Part shown: positions 30,249 through 40,490 of the stretch, one piece after another
Position numbering within the stretch: the first letter of the stretch is position 1
Layout: every line of letters begins with the position of its first letter
Source of the DNA: Dehalococcoidia bacterium
GTDB taxonomy: Bacteria; Chloroflexota; Dehalococcoidia; UBA6926
Assembly: GCA_034428515.1 (NCBI GenBank)
Contig: DAOUHQ010000015.1
Span: 144,660-208,659, forward strand
Direction: 5' to 3'
DNA length: 64,000 nt
Program-made: the position numbers and the translations under genes
The notes under the pieces: model-generated
The model's database searches: none
What the model was told of the DNA's origin: nothing
What the model saw: the letters and a program-made list of their open reading frames with translations, nothing else

Positions 30249-31637
30249 CTAGTAGTATCCGTCCGGGCCGCCGCCGGCGCGCGCAGCGTTGCGGAACGTT
30301 GTGGTCTGTTCTTCAAACACGACCTGCATGCGACCCGTTGGTCCGTTGCGATGTTTGGCAATGATGACGTCAGCAACACCGCGGGGATATTCCTGGTCCG
30401 GGTGCTGCCGTTCCCATTCTTCGCCCGTGAAGACCATGTCCGGGCGATAGAGAAACAGGACTACATCGGCGTCCTGCTCGATCGCGCCGCTCTCACGAAG
30501 ATCGGACAGTAGGGGTTCATGGCGAGGGCGGTTCTCCACGGCGCGGGAGAGTTGGGACAGGGCCAGAACGGGCACACTCAGATCGCGGGCGAGCGCTTTC
30601 AGCGAGCGGGATATCTCACTGATTTCCTGCACCCTGTTGCCAAACGTGTTCGTGCCAGACATAAGTTGCATGTAGTCAACGACGATGAGGTCAAGCCCCT
30701 GTTCGAGGGAGAGCCGCCGGGCCTTAGAGCGGAGCGCGACGACGCTGAGGTTGACCGAATCATCAATAAAGAGGGGCAGCTCGGCGAGCCGCCCGACGGC
30801 GTTCATGATTGCGCCCTCTTCGTAGTCGGTCCACATATGCCCGCGGATGCGTGTGGAGTTGATGCCGGATTCGCCTGCCAGCAGGCGCTCAACGACCTGT
30901 TCCGCCGCCATTTCAAGGCTAAAGAATGCGACTATTCGGGGGCGACTGTCCGCTCGTCGGGTCTGCGCGGCGGCCTTGGCGACGTTGAGCGCGAATGCAC
31001 TTTTTCCGACACCGGGCCGAGCTGCGAGGATGAGCAGGTCTGAGGCCTGGAAACCGCCGCCCAACTGTCGGTCAAGATCCACGAAGCCGCTTTCGACGCC
31101 ACCAGCGCGCCCTCCGGCAGCCTGCTCAGTTTCTTCTACGTAGCGGTCAAGGACGTCCCGCAACGCCTCAAGGTCTCGGGCGTTCTGGCCGAGGCGCATC
31201 GTATAAAGCAGTTCCTCTGCCTTACGGAGGGATTCCTCTTCATCCTCCTCTGCGCGGGTTCCGATGCCGGCAATCTGTCCACCGGCATCAATGAGACGGC
31301 GATGGATGGAGAGCCGCCGGACGACACGGGCATAGTTGTCCGCATAAACCGAAGTGGGAACGACAGCGATGAGGTGGCTTAGGAAGGGGAGTCCGCCGAC
31401 CTCTTCAAGTCGCTGATGGCGAGCGAGTTCATCCGCGACGCTTATCTGGCTTATGGGGTCATTGCGAGCGAAAAGGGTTACGCAGGCGTCAAATATCCAG
31501 GAGTGGCGCTGGCGGTAGAAGTCGTTGGGTTCGAGGATGATCTGCACACCCGGGACAGTCTCGCCGTCAATGAGCATTGAGCCGAGGACGGCTTCCTCAG
31601 CTTCGTCGTCATGTGGGGGGAGTTGCTCGGTGTACAC
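30249..31637 (-). CDS. dnaB: replicative DNA helicase DnaB
   Basis: Walker A GARPGVGKSAFALN; DnaB N-terminal domain; RecA-like C-terminus (H4 motif LSQLSR). Confidence 0.9.
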   Translation of the reverse strand: MYTEQLPPHDDEAEEAVLGSMLIDGETVPGVQIILEPNDFYRQRHSWIFDACVTLFARNDPISQISVADELARHQRLEEVGGLPFLSHLIAVVPTSVYADNYARVVRRLSIHRRLIDAGGQIAGIGTRAEEDEEESLRKAEELLYTMRLGQNARDLEALRDVLDRYVEETEQAAGGRAGGVESGFVDLDRQLGGGFQASDLLILAARPGVGKSAFALNVAKAAAQTRRADSRPRIVAFFSLEMAAEQVVERLLAGESGINSTRIRGHMWTDYEEGAIMNAVGRLAELPLFIDDSVNLSVVALRSKARRLSLEQGLDLIVVDYMQLMSGTNTFGNRVQEISEISRSLKALARDLSVPVLALSQLSRAVENRPRHEPLLSDLRESGAIEQDADVVLFLYRPDMVFTGEEWERQHPDQEYPRGVADVIIAKHRNGPTGRMQVVFEEQTTTFRNAARAGGGPDGYY

Positions 31638-31700
31638 AAAACACCTCGGTCCCGCCCACTGCGCCTGTGAGTAACAGGCCGGGACGGGTTTCCGAGCCAG

Positions 31701-32372
31701 TTACTCCTTGTCGTCATCCTCGTCAGCGGCCTCGGCCTCACCCTCTTCAGGGGCGGTTGTCTCTGCCTCCTCGTCCTCGGCCTCAGCAGCCTCCGAACTT
31801 TCCTCGGTCGCTTCCGGCTCCTCAGTCGCCGCTTCCGCAGTCACGTCATCTGCAGTGGCCTCGGCGGTCTCCGCGCCTTCCTGGTCCTCTTCCGGAGTTT
31901 CTTCCACGAGAGGCGGGGGCTCGGTTCCCTCCTGATAGACAGTGATAGTCACGTTTGGGATCACATCCGGCGCGAGACGAACGGGGGTCTGGTGGTGGCC
32001 AAGTTCCCGGATTGGCTGTGCAAGCTGTACTGAGCGGCGGTCGATCTCGACACCCATGGTCTCGTTGACGGCCTCGGCGATCTCCGTAGCGGTCACGCTG
32101 CCGTAGAGGCGGCCACCGGGGCCGACGCGCACAGCGATCAACAGGCGCTCCTCTGTGAGCTTCTCGCCAACGCTTTCCATCTCAAGATTGAGCTTGGTAC
32201 GCCGCTCAATTTCGACCTTCTTTCGTGCATCGGCACGGGCGAGTTCCTGCGGAGTTGCCAAGACGGCCAGCCCCTTGGGGATGAGGAAATTGCGGGCGTA
32301 ACCGTCTTTGACATCGCGGACATCACCAGCGATGCCCAGCCCGGGCGCCTCATCAATCAATACGACTTTCAT
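31701..32372 (-). CDS. rplI: 50S ribosomal protein L9 with acidic C-terminal extension
   Basis: MKVVLIDEAPGLGIAGDVRDVKDGYARNFLIP; AAAGGAAT RBS before ATG 32372; long E/A-rich tail. Confidence 0.85.
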   Translation of the reverse strand: MKVVLIDEAPGLGIAGDVRDVKDGYARNFLIPKGLAVLATPQELARADARKKVEIERRTKLNLEMESVGEKLTEERLLIAVRVGPGGRLYGSVTATEIAEAVNETMGVEIDRRSVQLAQPIRELGHHQTPVRLAPDVIPNVTITVYQEGTEPPPLVEETPEEDQEGAETAEATADDVTAEAATEEPEATEESSEAAEAEDEEAETTAPEEGEAEAADEDDDKE

Positions 32373-32529
32373 TGGGATTCCTTTCGCAAGCAATATTAGA
32401 ACGTATGTATTAGCATGTCAAACCCGCCATGGTGGTCGAACAGCATTTTGGGGGCGACACACAAGAGACAAGATTAAGTGTGTCATGGGTGGGACGGCAA
32501 GGGGTGCGGATGAGGGTTTTCCACCAAAT

Positions 32530-34740
32530 CTATGAATCCATCAATGCTGTCTCCCACGTGGAGGCGGCATCGGAGAGCGGGATATCGATGAGGCCGGTGA
32601 TGGTGAGGGAGTCGCCACCCACAGCGCCAATCTCACACATGGCGACTCCGTTTTGCTCGCACAATTCACGGAGCACATTCAGGTCATCTGAGGCGGCGGA
32701 CACAACGATACGCGCGGGCGCTTCCCCAAAGAGGGCGGCGTCTATGCGGTCGTTTCCAGCCAGGCCAAGTTCAAGGGATGCTCCAGTGCCGCCAATGGCG
32801 CAGGATTCTGCCACAGCGACGGCAAGGCCGCCCTCTGAGACGTCGTGGGCGGAGGTGATGAGTCCCCGGGCGATGGCCTCACGCAAGAGGGTTTGCACTC
32901 GGGCCTCGGCGTCGAGATCGACAGCTGGGCGTCCGGCCACGGTGTTGTGGATGCGGGAGAGGTATTCGCTTGCGCCGAGCGTTTCAATGGAGAGTTCGGC
33001 GGAAGATGCGCCCAGGAGGATGACGCGGTCGCCCTCGCTGCGGAAGCCGGCGCCGGCACGGTGAGAGAGGTTATCGAGCAGGCCGACCATCCCCACCGTA
33101 GGGGTGGGGTCGATGGGGCCGTCAGCGGACTCGTTGTAGAGGCTGACGTTGCCGCTGATGACGGGGATGTTGAGGGAGCGGCAGGCGTCGGCCATGCCGC
33201 GGATTGCCTGCTCAAATTGGTAAGCGATGGGCTCGCGCTCCGGGTTGCCGAAGTTGAGGCAGTCCGTGATGGCAAGCGGACGCGCGCCGACGCATGAGAG
33301 GTTCCGGGCGGCCTCAATGACGGTGAGAGCGCCGCCGGCGTAGGGGTCGAGATAGCAGGCCCGGGAGTTAACGTCGATGGTGAGGGCGATGCCCTTATTG
33401 GTTCCCTTGATACGAAGGACGGCGGCATCAGCGTCGCCCGGGGGCAATACAGTGTTGTTGCCGACCTGGTGGTCGTATTGCTGATAGACAGGGCGTTTGC
33501 TGGCGAGGGAGGGGGCGGCGAGCATTTGGAGGAGGGTCTCATTCCAATCTGAGGGCTGGGGGAGATCGGAGAGATCGCGGTCGCGGAGGGCGGCGATCGC
33601 GGGGTCTTCAACACCGGAGAGTTCGTAGGCGGGGGGTTCGGTGAGGGCGGCAATGGGCATGTCTCCGACGATTTCTCCGTTATCGCGAATGATTGCGCGG
33701 TCGCCGTCAGTGACGACGCCTATCTCGTCGCAGGCGAGTTCCCACTTTTCACAGATAGCACGGGTTTTGGCGACGTTTTCAGGGGGGACGACGAGGAGCA
33801 TTCGCTCCTGGGATTCGGAGAGCATGATTTCGTAGGCGGACATGCCATCCTCGCGGCGGGGGACACGGGCGACATCTATATCAACGCCGTTGTTGGCGCG
33901 GGCGGCGCATTCAATGACAGAGCTGGTGAGGCCTCCAGCGCCGAGGTCCTGCATTCCGACGAGGAGGCCGGCCTGGGCGATCTCAAGGCAGCCTTCAAGC
34001 ACGAGTTTTTCGAGGAAGGGGTTGCCGACCTGTACGGCGGGGCGTCGCTCTGCTGACTCCTCGGAGAGGTCGACGGAGGCGAAGGTTGCGCCGTGGATGC
34101 CATCGCGGCCGGTGTCCGCGCCGACGAGGAGGAGGATGTTGCCTGCGCCGCCGGTGCTTGCGCGGATGATCTCATTTTCCTTTGCGATGCCGACGCACAT
34201 GGCGTTGACGAGCGGGTTGCCGGAGTAGGCGGGGGCGAATGTGACCTGCCCTGCGACGTCCGGGATGCCGATGCAGTTGCCGTAGCCGCCGATACCGGCG
34301 ACGACGCCCTCGAAGAGGTAGCGGTTACGGGGCCTCTCGTCCAACGGGCCAAAGAAGAGGGCGTTGAGGAGGGCGATGGGGCGAGCGTTCATGCTGAAGA
34401 TGTCACGGATGATACCGCCGACGCCTGTCGCCGCGCCCTGGTAGGGCTCAATGGCGGAGGGGTGGTTGTGTGATTCCACCTTCATCACAACAGCGAGGCC
34501 GTCACCGATGGAGACTGCGCCTGCGTTCTCCTCGCCGGGGCCTATCAATACCCATGGGGCTTCGTTGGGGAAGAGGTTGAGGAGGAGGCGGGAGTGTTTG
34601 TAGCCGCAGTGCTCGCTCCAGAGGATGCCGAACATGCCAAGCTCGACCTCATTCGGCTCGCGGTCCATTCGGCGAACGATCTCGTCGTATTCGTCGCGTG
34701 ATAGGGAGAGTTCAGCGAGGGTGGCGTCTGAGGCGGTCAT
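32530..34740 (-). CDS. purL: phosphoribosylformylglycinamidine synthase subunit PurL
   Basis: FGILWSEHCGYKHS, two AIRS-like repeats, about 736 aa. Confidence 0.9.
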   Translation of the reverse strand: MTASDATLAELSLSRDEYDEIVRRMDREPNEVELGMFGILWSEHCGYKHSRLLLNLFPNEAPWVLIGPGEENAGAVSIGDGLAVVMKVESHNHPSAIEPYQGAATGVGGIIRDIFSMNARPIALLNALFFGPLDERPRNRYLFEGVVAGIGGYGNCIGIPDVAGQVTFAPAYSGNPLVNAMCVGIAKENEIIRASTGGAGNILLLVGADTGRDGIHGATFASVDLSEESAERRPAVQVGNPFLEKLVLEGCLEIAQAGLLVGMQDLGAGGLTSSVIECAARANNGVDIDVARVPRREDGMSAYEIMLSESQERMLLVVPPENVAKTRAICEKWELACDEIGVVTDGDRAIIRDNGEIVGDMPIAALTEPPAYELSGVEDPAIAALRDRDLSDLPQPSDWNETLLQMLAAPSLASKRPVYQQYDHQVGNNTVLPPGDADAAVLRIKGTNKGIALTIDVNSRACYLDPYAGGALTVIEAARNLSCVGARPLAITDCLNFGNPEREPIAYQFEQAIRGMADACRSLNIPVISGNVSLYNESADGPIDPTPTVGMVGLLDNLSHRAGAGFRSEGDRVILLGASSAELSIETLGASEYLSRIHNTVAGRPAVDLDAEARVQTLLREAIARGLITSAHDVSEGGLAVAVAESCAIGGTGASLELGLAGNDRIDAALFGEAPARIVVSAASDDLNVLRELCEQNGVAMCEIGAVGGDSLTITGLIDIPLSDAASTWETALMDS

Positions 34741-34815
34741 GGTTTGAGTCTAGCAGTGTGACGGGGTAATGATGAGGGTGTTCCGTCCGCTCGATCCACA
34801 TCGAGGAGGCGTGCG

Positions 34816-36093
34816 ATGAAAGCTGCTGATTCTGCAAGGCAACGCAGAGACACGCTGTGGAGGTTTTTGGGCCCGTTGGTGGCAGGCATGTCTGTGCTCT
34901 TGCTCATCGTAGGCGCGGGGGTTGGGTGTGACGCTTTTTCTGACGATGAGGAGACCCCGCTCAAGATTGGCTTGCTGTTGAATTTCACGGGGTCGCCGGA
35001 GGCGTCGGCGGACAGGCAGCGGGCGTTCGAGTTGGCGATTGCACATGTCAATGAGGCGGGAGGCGTGTTGGGGATGCCGGTGAGCGGGGTGGTGGCGGAT
35101 GCGACCGGGGATCCTGAGACTGCGGTTGAGGAGGCGACGCGGCTGGTTGACGAGGAGGGGGTTCACGCGATTGTAGGACCGAATGCGAGTTCTGCGTCTC
35201 TGCCAATCGCCGAGAAAGTGTCTGGCCCGCACAACATTCCGACGATAAGTCCGTCCGCAACGTCGCCCTCACTGACCGGTGTTCACGATGAGGGGTATTT
35301 CTTCAGGACGGCGCTTTCGGATGTGGCCCAGGGGCCAATTCTTGCGGACGTTGCCCAACGGCAGGGGTTCGATAGCGTCGGAGTGATCTATCAGGATGAC
35401 GCCTATGGGGCGGGGCTTGCGGAGTCGTTCGCTGCAGCGTGGGAGGGCCGGCTCGTTGCCGTCGGGGTCGATCCGACCGTGACCGTCCTTGCGGGGCCGC
35501 TGGAGGAGTCGGCGCAGGGCGGCGGGCAAGCGCTGGTCGTGATTGGATTCGAGGGTCTGGCAATCGAGATGGTTAAGCAGGCCATCGATGGCGGTGTTTA
35601 TAGCGATTTCGTCTTTGCCGACGCGGCCAAGCGGTTGAGTCTCGTTGAGGAGATCGGCGTCGAGCGCCTGGGTGGGATGTACGGGACGGGGAGCGCGCAC
35701 CCACCCCACAGCGACGCTACGGAGAGCTGGGATGACGCCTACATTGCCGCCTATGGGGAACTTCCCGTTCTCGCCTATGTGAAGGAGACGTATGACGCGA
35801 CGGTGGCGATTACGCTGGCGGCGGAGGCGGCGGGCAGCGTCGACGGCGAGGCGATCCGCGATCAGCTACGTGGAATAGCGGAGTCGCCGGGTGATCCCAT
35901 TCCCGGCACTCCTGCCGGCGTTGCCGATGCTCTTGAGCTGCTCGGTGAGGGCAAGGACATCGATTACGAGGGGACGTCGGGCGTTTTGGAGTGGGATGAG
36001 CACGGGGACCTGCGGCGGGGGTTTGTGGGCGTGTGGCGTTTCACCGCCGATGGGCGTATTGAGGATCTGGAGAGTATTCCGTACGGGGGGTAG
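34816..36093 (+). CDS. ABC transporter substrate-binding protein (branched-chain amino acid/LivK type), lipoprotein
   Basis: Signal and lipobox (LLLIVGAGVGC); periplasmic-binding-protein type I fold markers. Confidence 0.8.
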   Translation: MKAADSARQRRDTLWRFLGPLVAGMSVLLLIVGAGVGCDAFSDDEETPLKIGLLLNFTGSPEASADRQRAFELAIAHVNEAGGVLGMPVSGVVADATGDPETAVEEATRLVDEEGVHAIVGPNASSASLPIAEKVSGPHNIPTISPSATSPSLTGVHDEGYFFRTALSDVAQGPILADVAQRQGFDSVGVIYQDDAYGAGLAESFAAAWEGRLVAVGVDPTVTVLAGPLEESAQGGGQALVVIGFEGLAIEMVKQAIDGGVYSDFVFADAAKRLSLVEEIGVERLGGMYGTGSAHPPHSDATESWDDAYIAAYGELPVLAYVKETYDATVAITLAAEAAGSVDGEAIRDQLRGIAESPGDPIPGTPAGVADALELLGEGKDIDYEGTSGVLEWDEHGDLRRGFVGVWRFTADGRIEDLESIPYGG

Positions 36094-36111
36094 GCAGTGG
36101 GCAGAGGGGAT

Positions 36112-36155
36112 GTGGCCCTGCAGGCCACGCGGTGGATTCCGGCCTCCGCCGGAAT
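36112..36155. terminator. two adjacent stem-loops (GTGGCC-ctgca-GGCCAC and ATTCCGGC-ctcc-GCCGGAAT) between convergent genes
   Basis: Inverted repeats seen in sequence; no clear U-tract. Confidence 0.3.
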
Positions 36156-36193
36156 GACGGAGCCTCATGGATTGCGGCTGTAACGGCCATTGG

Positions 36194-36727
36194 CTAGGTT
36201 GAGTATCTTATCTCCCGTGTTCCATCGGCTCTTGAAGTGAGTATTTCCCTTCCGGGTTCAATTGGCCCCCACACATGCTCGAGTACATCTTCCTCTTCTT
36301 CCAAGTTGGCGCAAACCCACACGTGGCACTCAGGCAAGCTACCCTCAGATCGTGAATGGAAAGCGAAGGCTGCTGCGGCTCCCGTATTTTCTGGGTCAAG
36401 CAGAGGGTTTGAGACGCCGCCCCAGTCCATAACCAATCCAGCTTTGCGCGATTCACCCCTCGCCAGCTTCACTTCGATAGACCCTGCCGTGACCATGACC
36501 TCGCCCTCGCTGCTATCTACTTTGAGTAGAAATTCCATTCTGGGCTTGCTCTCTTTTGGATTGTCTAGTTCCGGGAGGAATTGCAATAGGAGCTTTCGTG
36601 GAATCCTCGGCCCCGGGTTGCGTCCACCCATTGCCATAGTGTCTCTGCCAGACAGCCGTTTTACCCACCAAGATTCGGTATGCTCCCATTGTTCGTTTAG
36701 CCAGTCGTAGAACTTTTGCGAGTGCAA
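36194..36727 (-). CDS. stand-alone EcoRII-N-like (B3-like) DNA-binding effector domain protein
   Basis: Residue-level resemblance to the N-terminal effector domain of EcoRII as I recall it: FYDWLNE, VKRLSGRDTMAMGGRNPGPRIP, LLDPENTGAAAAFAF, HVWVCANLEEEEDVLE. The gene is AT-rich. Confidence 0.6.
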   Translation of the reverse strand: MHSQKFYDWLNEQWEHTESWWVKRLSGRDTMAMGGRNPGPRIPRKLLLQFLPELDNPKESKPRMEFLLKVDSSEGEVMVTAGSIEVKLARGESRKAGLVMDWGGVSNPLLDPENTGAAAAFAFHSRSEGSLPECHVWVCANLEEEEDVLEHVWGPIEPGREILTSRADGTREIRYST

Positions 36728-36778
36728 TTAGTCCCTCCAATCTCTATTGCAGCGAAAGCCGCTTTCTGTGGGGCGAAT

Positions 36779-37588
36779 TCATCCAAGGAATATGTTCTCA
36801 CGGTGATACGCGAGGAATTCAGGATGCGGTCTGAATTTTTCGGGGGGAGAGATTGCTTGGCCGTCATAGGACACAACGCTCTGAACGAAGAACTCATCCG
36901 CGCTTGATATGTGACTCTTCGCTACCCTAACAACCAATTCTTCATCGATGGTGATGAATCCGCGATCAAATGCCTTGTCATGGAGGGCAGAAAGCAGGAG
37001 TCCATTGCGTGGGTTGAGTCTATTCGTTTGGTTGATTTTCCACGGCACAATATGGCTGGCCACAAGCAGCGGCTCCAGAGTGAGTCCCGAGATGCAGCAC
37101 CTGTAGTTGTAGGAGCTAAGCAGCGCGTCTCGGAAGAAATCTTGACCGACTCGCCGAGTAGTGAACACCTCTCGTTCAGTGAGGCGATGCTCCACGTCTT
37201 CGTCCTCTGTGTCAGTAGTAGTATCCCTCTCTCTGAGTAACCCGTAGTCGTGGAGTGCCACAGTGGCTTCCTCTACAAAGGCCGTCCAATCAGAGTTCAT
37301 CTCAGCCCAGATGGCACGGTCACCGGTTGACACGTTTCTGAGCCCCGAGATTCCTCGCCCTCTGAGACCGGGATCAAGGCTTGCAAGGTTCACAAGTTTC
37401 ATCGCAACAGCGCTGGATGTTCTTGCGATTGCCTGCGCTACAGTTACGACCTCAGGATTGCGCGAGTGCATCTGACCAAATGAAATGCGGCAGTAGAGAT
37501 TGAGGATGATAAGCAACTCTGCGCGCGTCCACCGGCGTCGGGGAGACGGGCGTTGCGAGTTGTCCGAGTTTCGTCCTTGATTGACCAC
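36779..37588 (-). CDS. HNH endonuclease (HNH_2-type) with an uncharacterised N-terminal domain of about 140 aa
   Basis: Catalytic motif CISGLTLEPLLVASHIVPW...NGLLLSALHDKAFDRGFITID. AT-rich; 51 nt upstream of the EcoRII-N-like gene on the same strand. TTGTGA-16-TATAAT promoter-like elements at 37617-37595. Confidence 0.75.
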   Translation of the reverse strand: MVNQGRNSDNSQRPSPRRRWTRAELLIILNLYCRISFGQMHSRNPEVVTVAQAIARTSSAVAMKLVNLASLDPGLRGRGISGLRNVSTGDRAIWAEMNSDWTAFVEEATVALHDYGLLRERDTTTDTEDEDVEHRLTEREVFTTRRVGQDFFRDALLSSYNYRCCISGLTLEPLLVASHIVPWKINQTNRLNPRNGLLLSALHDKAFDRGFITIDEELVVRVAKSHISSADEFFVQSVVSYDGQAISPPEKFRPHPEFLAYHRENIFLG

Positions 37589-38513
37589 GCGGCAATTATA
37601 GGCACTTAGCTAAGATTCACAATAAGTGTGGGGAAACTGAGGCTTTGGATTCCTCGGCTGCGCTCGGAATGACATGGGAAACTGCATCATCGGACGCGAC
37701 TCACCCTGTGGTCAGCGGCAGCGTGCCCCCCCAATGTGACACCCCCGCCTTGACCCATCCCAAACGCCTGTCCTAAAGTCACCCACAACAAGCCATACCC
37801 CCGGCGGTGGGGAACGTCGACAACCCCGCCGTCACCTATCCCCGGGAGCGCAAAAAGGAGGGCGCGCCCTGCAAGGAACGCATCCGCTGTCAGGATTCCG
37901 AAGTTAACCTGCGGGAGAACGCGGCTATGCGGTCGCATAAGGCCGTAAGCGACAGCGCCCCGTCCAGATGCCTCCACCGTCCCCAGGCCAACGCCGCGAC
38001 CCGAGCGGGGGCGATGAGAGAAGACGCGTGCTCCACACGGGTCGAGACCCGAAAGGCCTCAGGCAAGTGGAGCGCATGGCGCCCGATGATGACGTGGCAG
38101 CATCAGCGGGCGAGCACGGATCAACCGTCTGGCATGCGCTCGTATGTCAGGCGAGGGACGGACTCTCGGCCACGCCAAAAAACGCAGACCGAGAACTGAC
38201 GCGCGAACAGTGCCACCATGCTGCTCGCGCGCCACACGGGCGAGTCTATGTTTGGCGCAGCGCAACCCGCCCAAGCGCAGGGCCGTCCCCCTGGCGCGAC
38301 CCCACCCGAGCTCGAAACCGCGCGCCAACCGACCCCAACCCACAGCCCCGGAACCGACAGCGGATGCGTTCCCCAAGCCCCGCCAAACCAAATCATCAGG
38401 AAGGAGAAACCCCACAGCACTCAAAGACAAAATCCCCCCCGTGCGGGGAAAGGCTAGCTGACATCTACAGGAATGACGGAGGTAGTGAGGCGCGGGGATG
38501 ACGGAGAGTGGCG

Positions 38514-39449
38514 TTAGGGGAGTTCTGTGTAGTCTTCGTCCCAGTCGTCGGCGTGGCGGATCAGGTCTTTTAGGGGGGTGCCGCCCTGTTCGCTGTCGAG
38601 GCTTGGGGGGGCGAGTCGTGTGGGGAGGGTCGCGCCGTCGCCGCCTGCAAGCATGAGGATGGAATCGACGAGGTTTTCGCGCCCGTCCCACTTTGTGCCG
38701 GGGCGGCGGATGGCGACGGTTGGGTTGAGGGCGGCGATGACTGCGGCTCGCAGGACATCCTCCTGCATCCACATGGGCTGCTCCCGTATGTCCGCTTCCT
38801 GTGCATGACCGCACGCCCCACAGTTGAATTGGGCGCGATCCCAATCGGGATCGTAGTCGGTTGTGCCGCTTATGGACCCACATTCACGGCAGGCGGCTCC
38901 GGCGAATGTCAGCGGCTCGTCATCAACCTCATCAGTCACTCCTGACTCGCGTATCGCGTCTGCAATCTGGGCGGGGGACCTGAGGGCGAGGCGGAGGACT
39001 GAAAGGAAGCCTGACTTATCGGCAAGTTCGGACGTTCGGACAATTTCGATTTCCGAGGCGCGGGCCGAGTCCTTGAGTTCCTGCGTGTTGGCATCAAAAA
39101 GCGCCTCCCAGTGCTGGGCGCGGGAGTCATCACACGCCTCCGGATCCGGCTGGCGGCCATATGTCTTGCCTGACGGAGTCTGGTTGAATGGACGGCCGGG
39201 GGCGTGGTTGGCCTCATCGGTTGCCAAGTCCGGCACGACGTAGATGACGCGAAGCATCGCCGACTGATTGCCGCCTCGGCGTAATCGACGCGCCAGGGAG
39301 CCCGGATAAGCGAGTAGGCGGAGGCGGTCAGCCTCGGTCAGCGCGGCCATGGGGATTTCCCCGGCCAGCACGGCATCGCCGGATTGCAACAGTTCACCGA
39401 CCTCCGAGAGGCCGGCGGCGTTGCGGTAGAGGCGTTCGGCGGTGGTCAC
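38514..39449 (-). CDS. hypothetical protein with C-terminal zinc-ribbon (start uncertain: GTG 39449 or ATG 39350)
   Basis: The ORF extends to 39815, but its first 115 codons overlap the rhodanese gene and are Ser/Arg-rich junk. The remainder has balanced composition with CRECGS...CGACGH. Confidence 0.45.
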   Translation of the reverse strand: MTTAERLYRNAAGLSEVGELLQSGDAVLAGEIPMAALTEADRLRLLAYPGSLARRLRRGGNQSAMLRVIYVVPDLATDEANHAPGRPFNQTPSGKTYGRQPDPEACDDSRAQHWEALFDANTQELKDSARASEIEIVRTSELADKSGFLSVLRLALRSPAQIADAIRESGVTDEVDDEPLTFAGAACRECGSISGTTDYDPDWDRAQFNCGACGHAQEADIREQPMWMQEDVLRAAVIAALNPTVAIRRPGTKWDGRENLVDSILMLAGGDGATLPTRLAPPSLDSEQGGTPLKDLIRHADDWDEDYTELP

Positions 39450-39471
39450 GAAATGGGAGTCGGCAAGGGGA

Positions 39472-40308
<837 letters not shown>

Positions 40309-40490
40309 TGTATTGCCCCCACTCTTTCGCTTCTCACAAGAGAAACCGTACCTGCGCTAGGTTCGCAGTATGGCAAAGCATCGTCAAGGGGGGCACGTAC
40401 CGCTCGCCCTTCGAGAGGCTCAGGGTGAGCGGGATGCGCGGCATCGGTATCATGGCTGTAGTGGGGTAGAAGTCAGGAGCTATTGAGACG

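Noticed and set aside
32742-33653. Long antisense or alternative-frame ORFs inside purL, gcvP, actB, the propeller protein and similar genes (for example 32742..33653, 43624..44124, 44981..45694, 47539..48699, 16387..17148)
   Set aside because: Shadow ORFs produced by high GC. Their products are Ala/Arg/Ser/Pro-rich and overlap well-supported genes on the other strand or frame
37595-37622. TTGTGA-16-TATAAT promoter driving the HNH gene
   Set aside because: Kept only as a note. The -10 box lies 7 nt from the GTG start, which would require a leaderless transcript. The promoter or the start may be mis-assigned
37589-38513. Looked for a tmRNA or tRNA gene as a possible island attachment site. 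I searched for a resume-codon/ANDENYALAA-like tag frame, GGTTCGA-type T-loops and a CCA-proximal acceptor stem
   Set aside because: No tag-peptide frame ending in ALAA-stop was found, and no convincing T-arm or acceptor pairing on either strand. The region stays unexplained rather than being called an RNA gene
38059-38883. 274-aa minus-strand ORF and other ORFs inside the 37.6-38.5 kb gap
   Set aside because: Extreme Arg/Pro/His content (RRHPPPRHKVGRARKPRRF...), typical of GC-rich non-coding DNA read in frame; not protein-like
40309-40490. Glycine riboswitch upstream of the yciI-gcvT-gcvH-gcvP operon
   Set aside because: Neither the GGAGAG / ACCGAAGG(R)GCAA aptamer cores nor a tandem-aptamer arrangement is present on the plus strand
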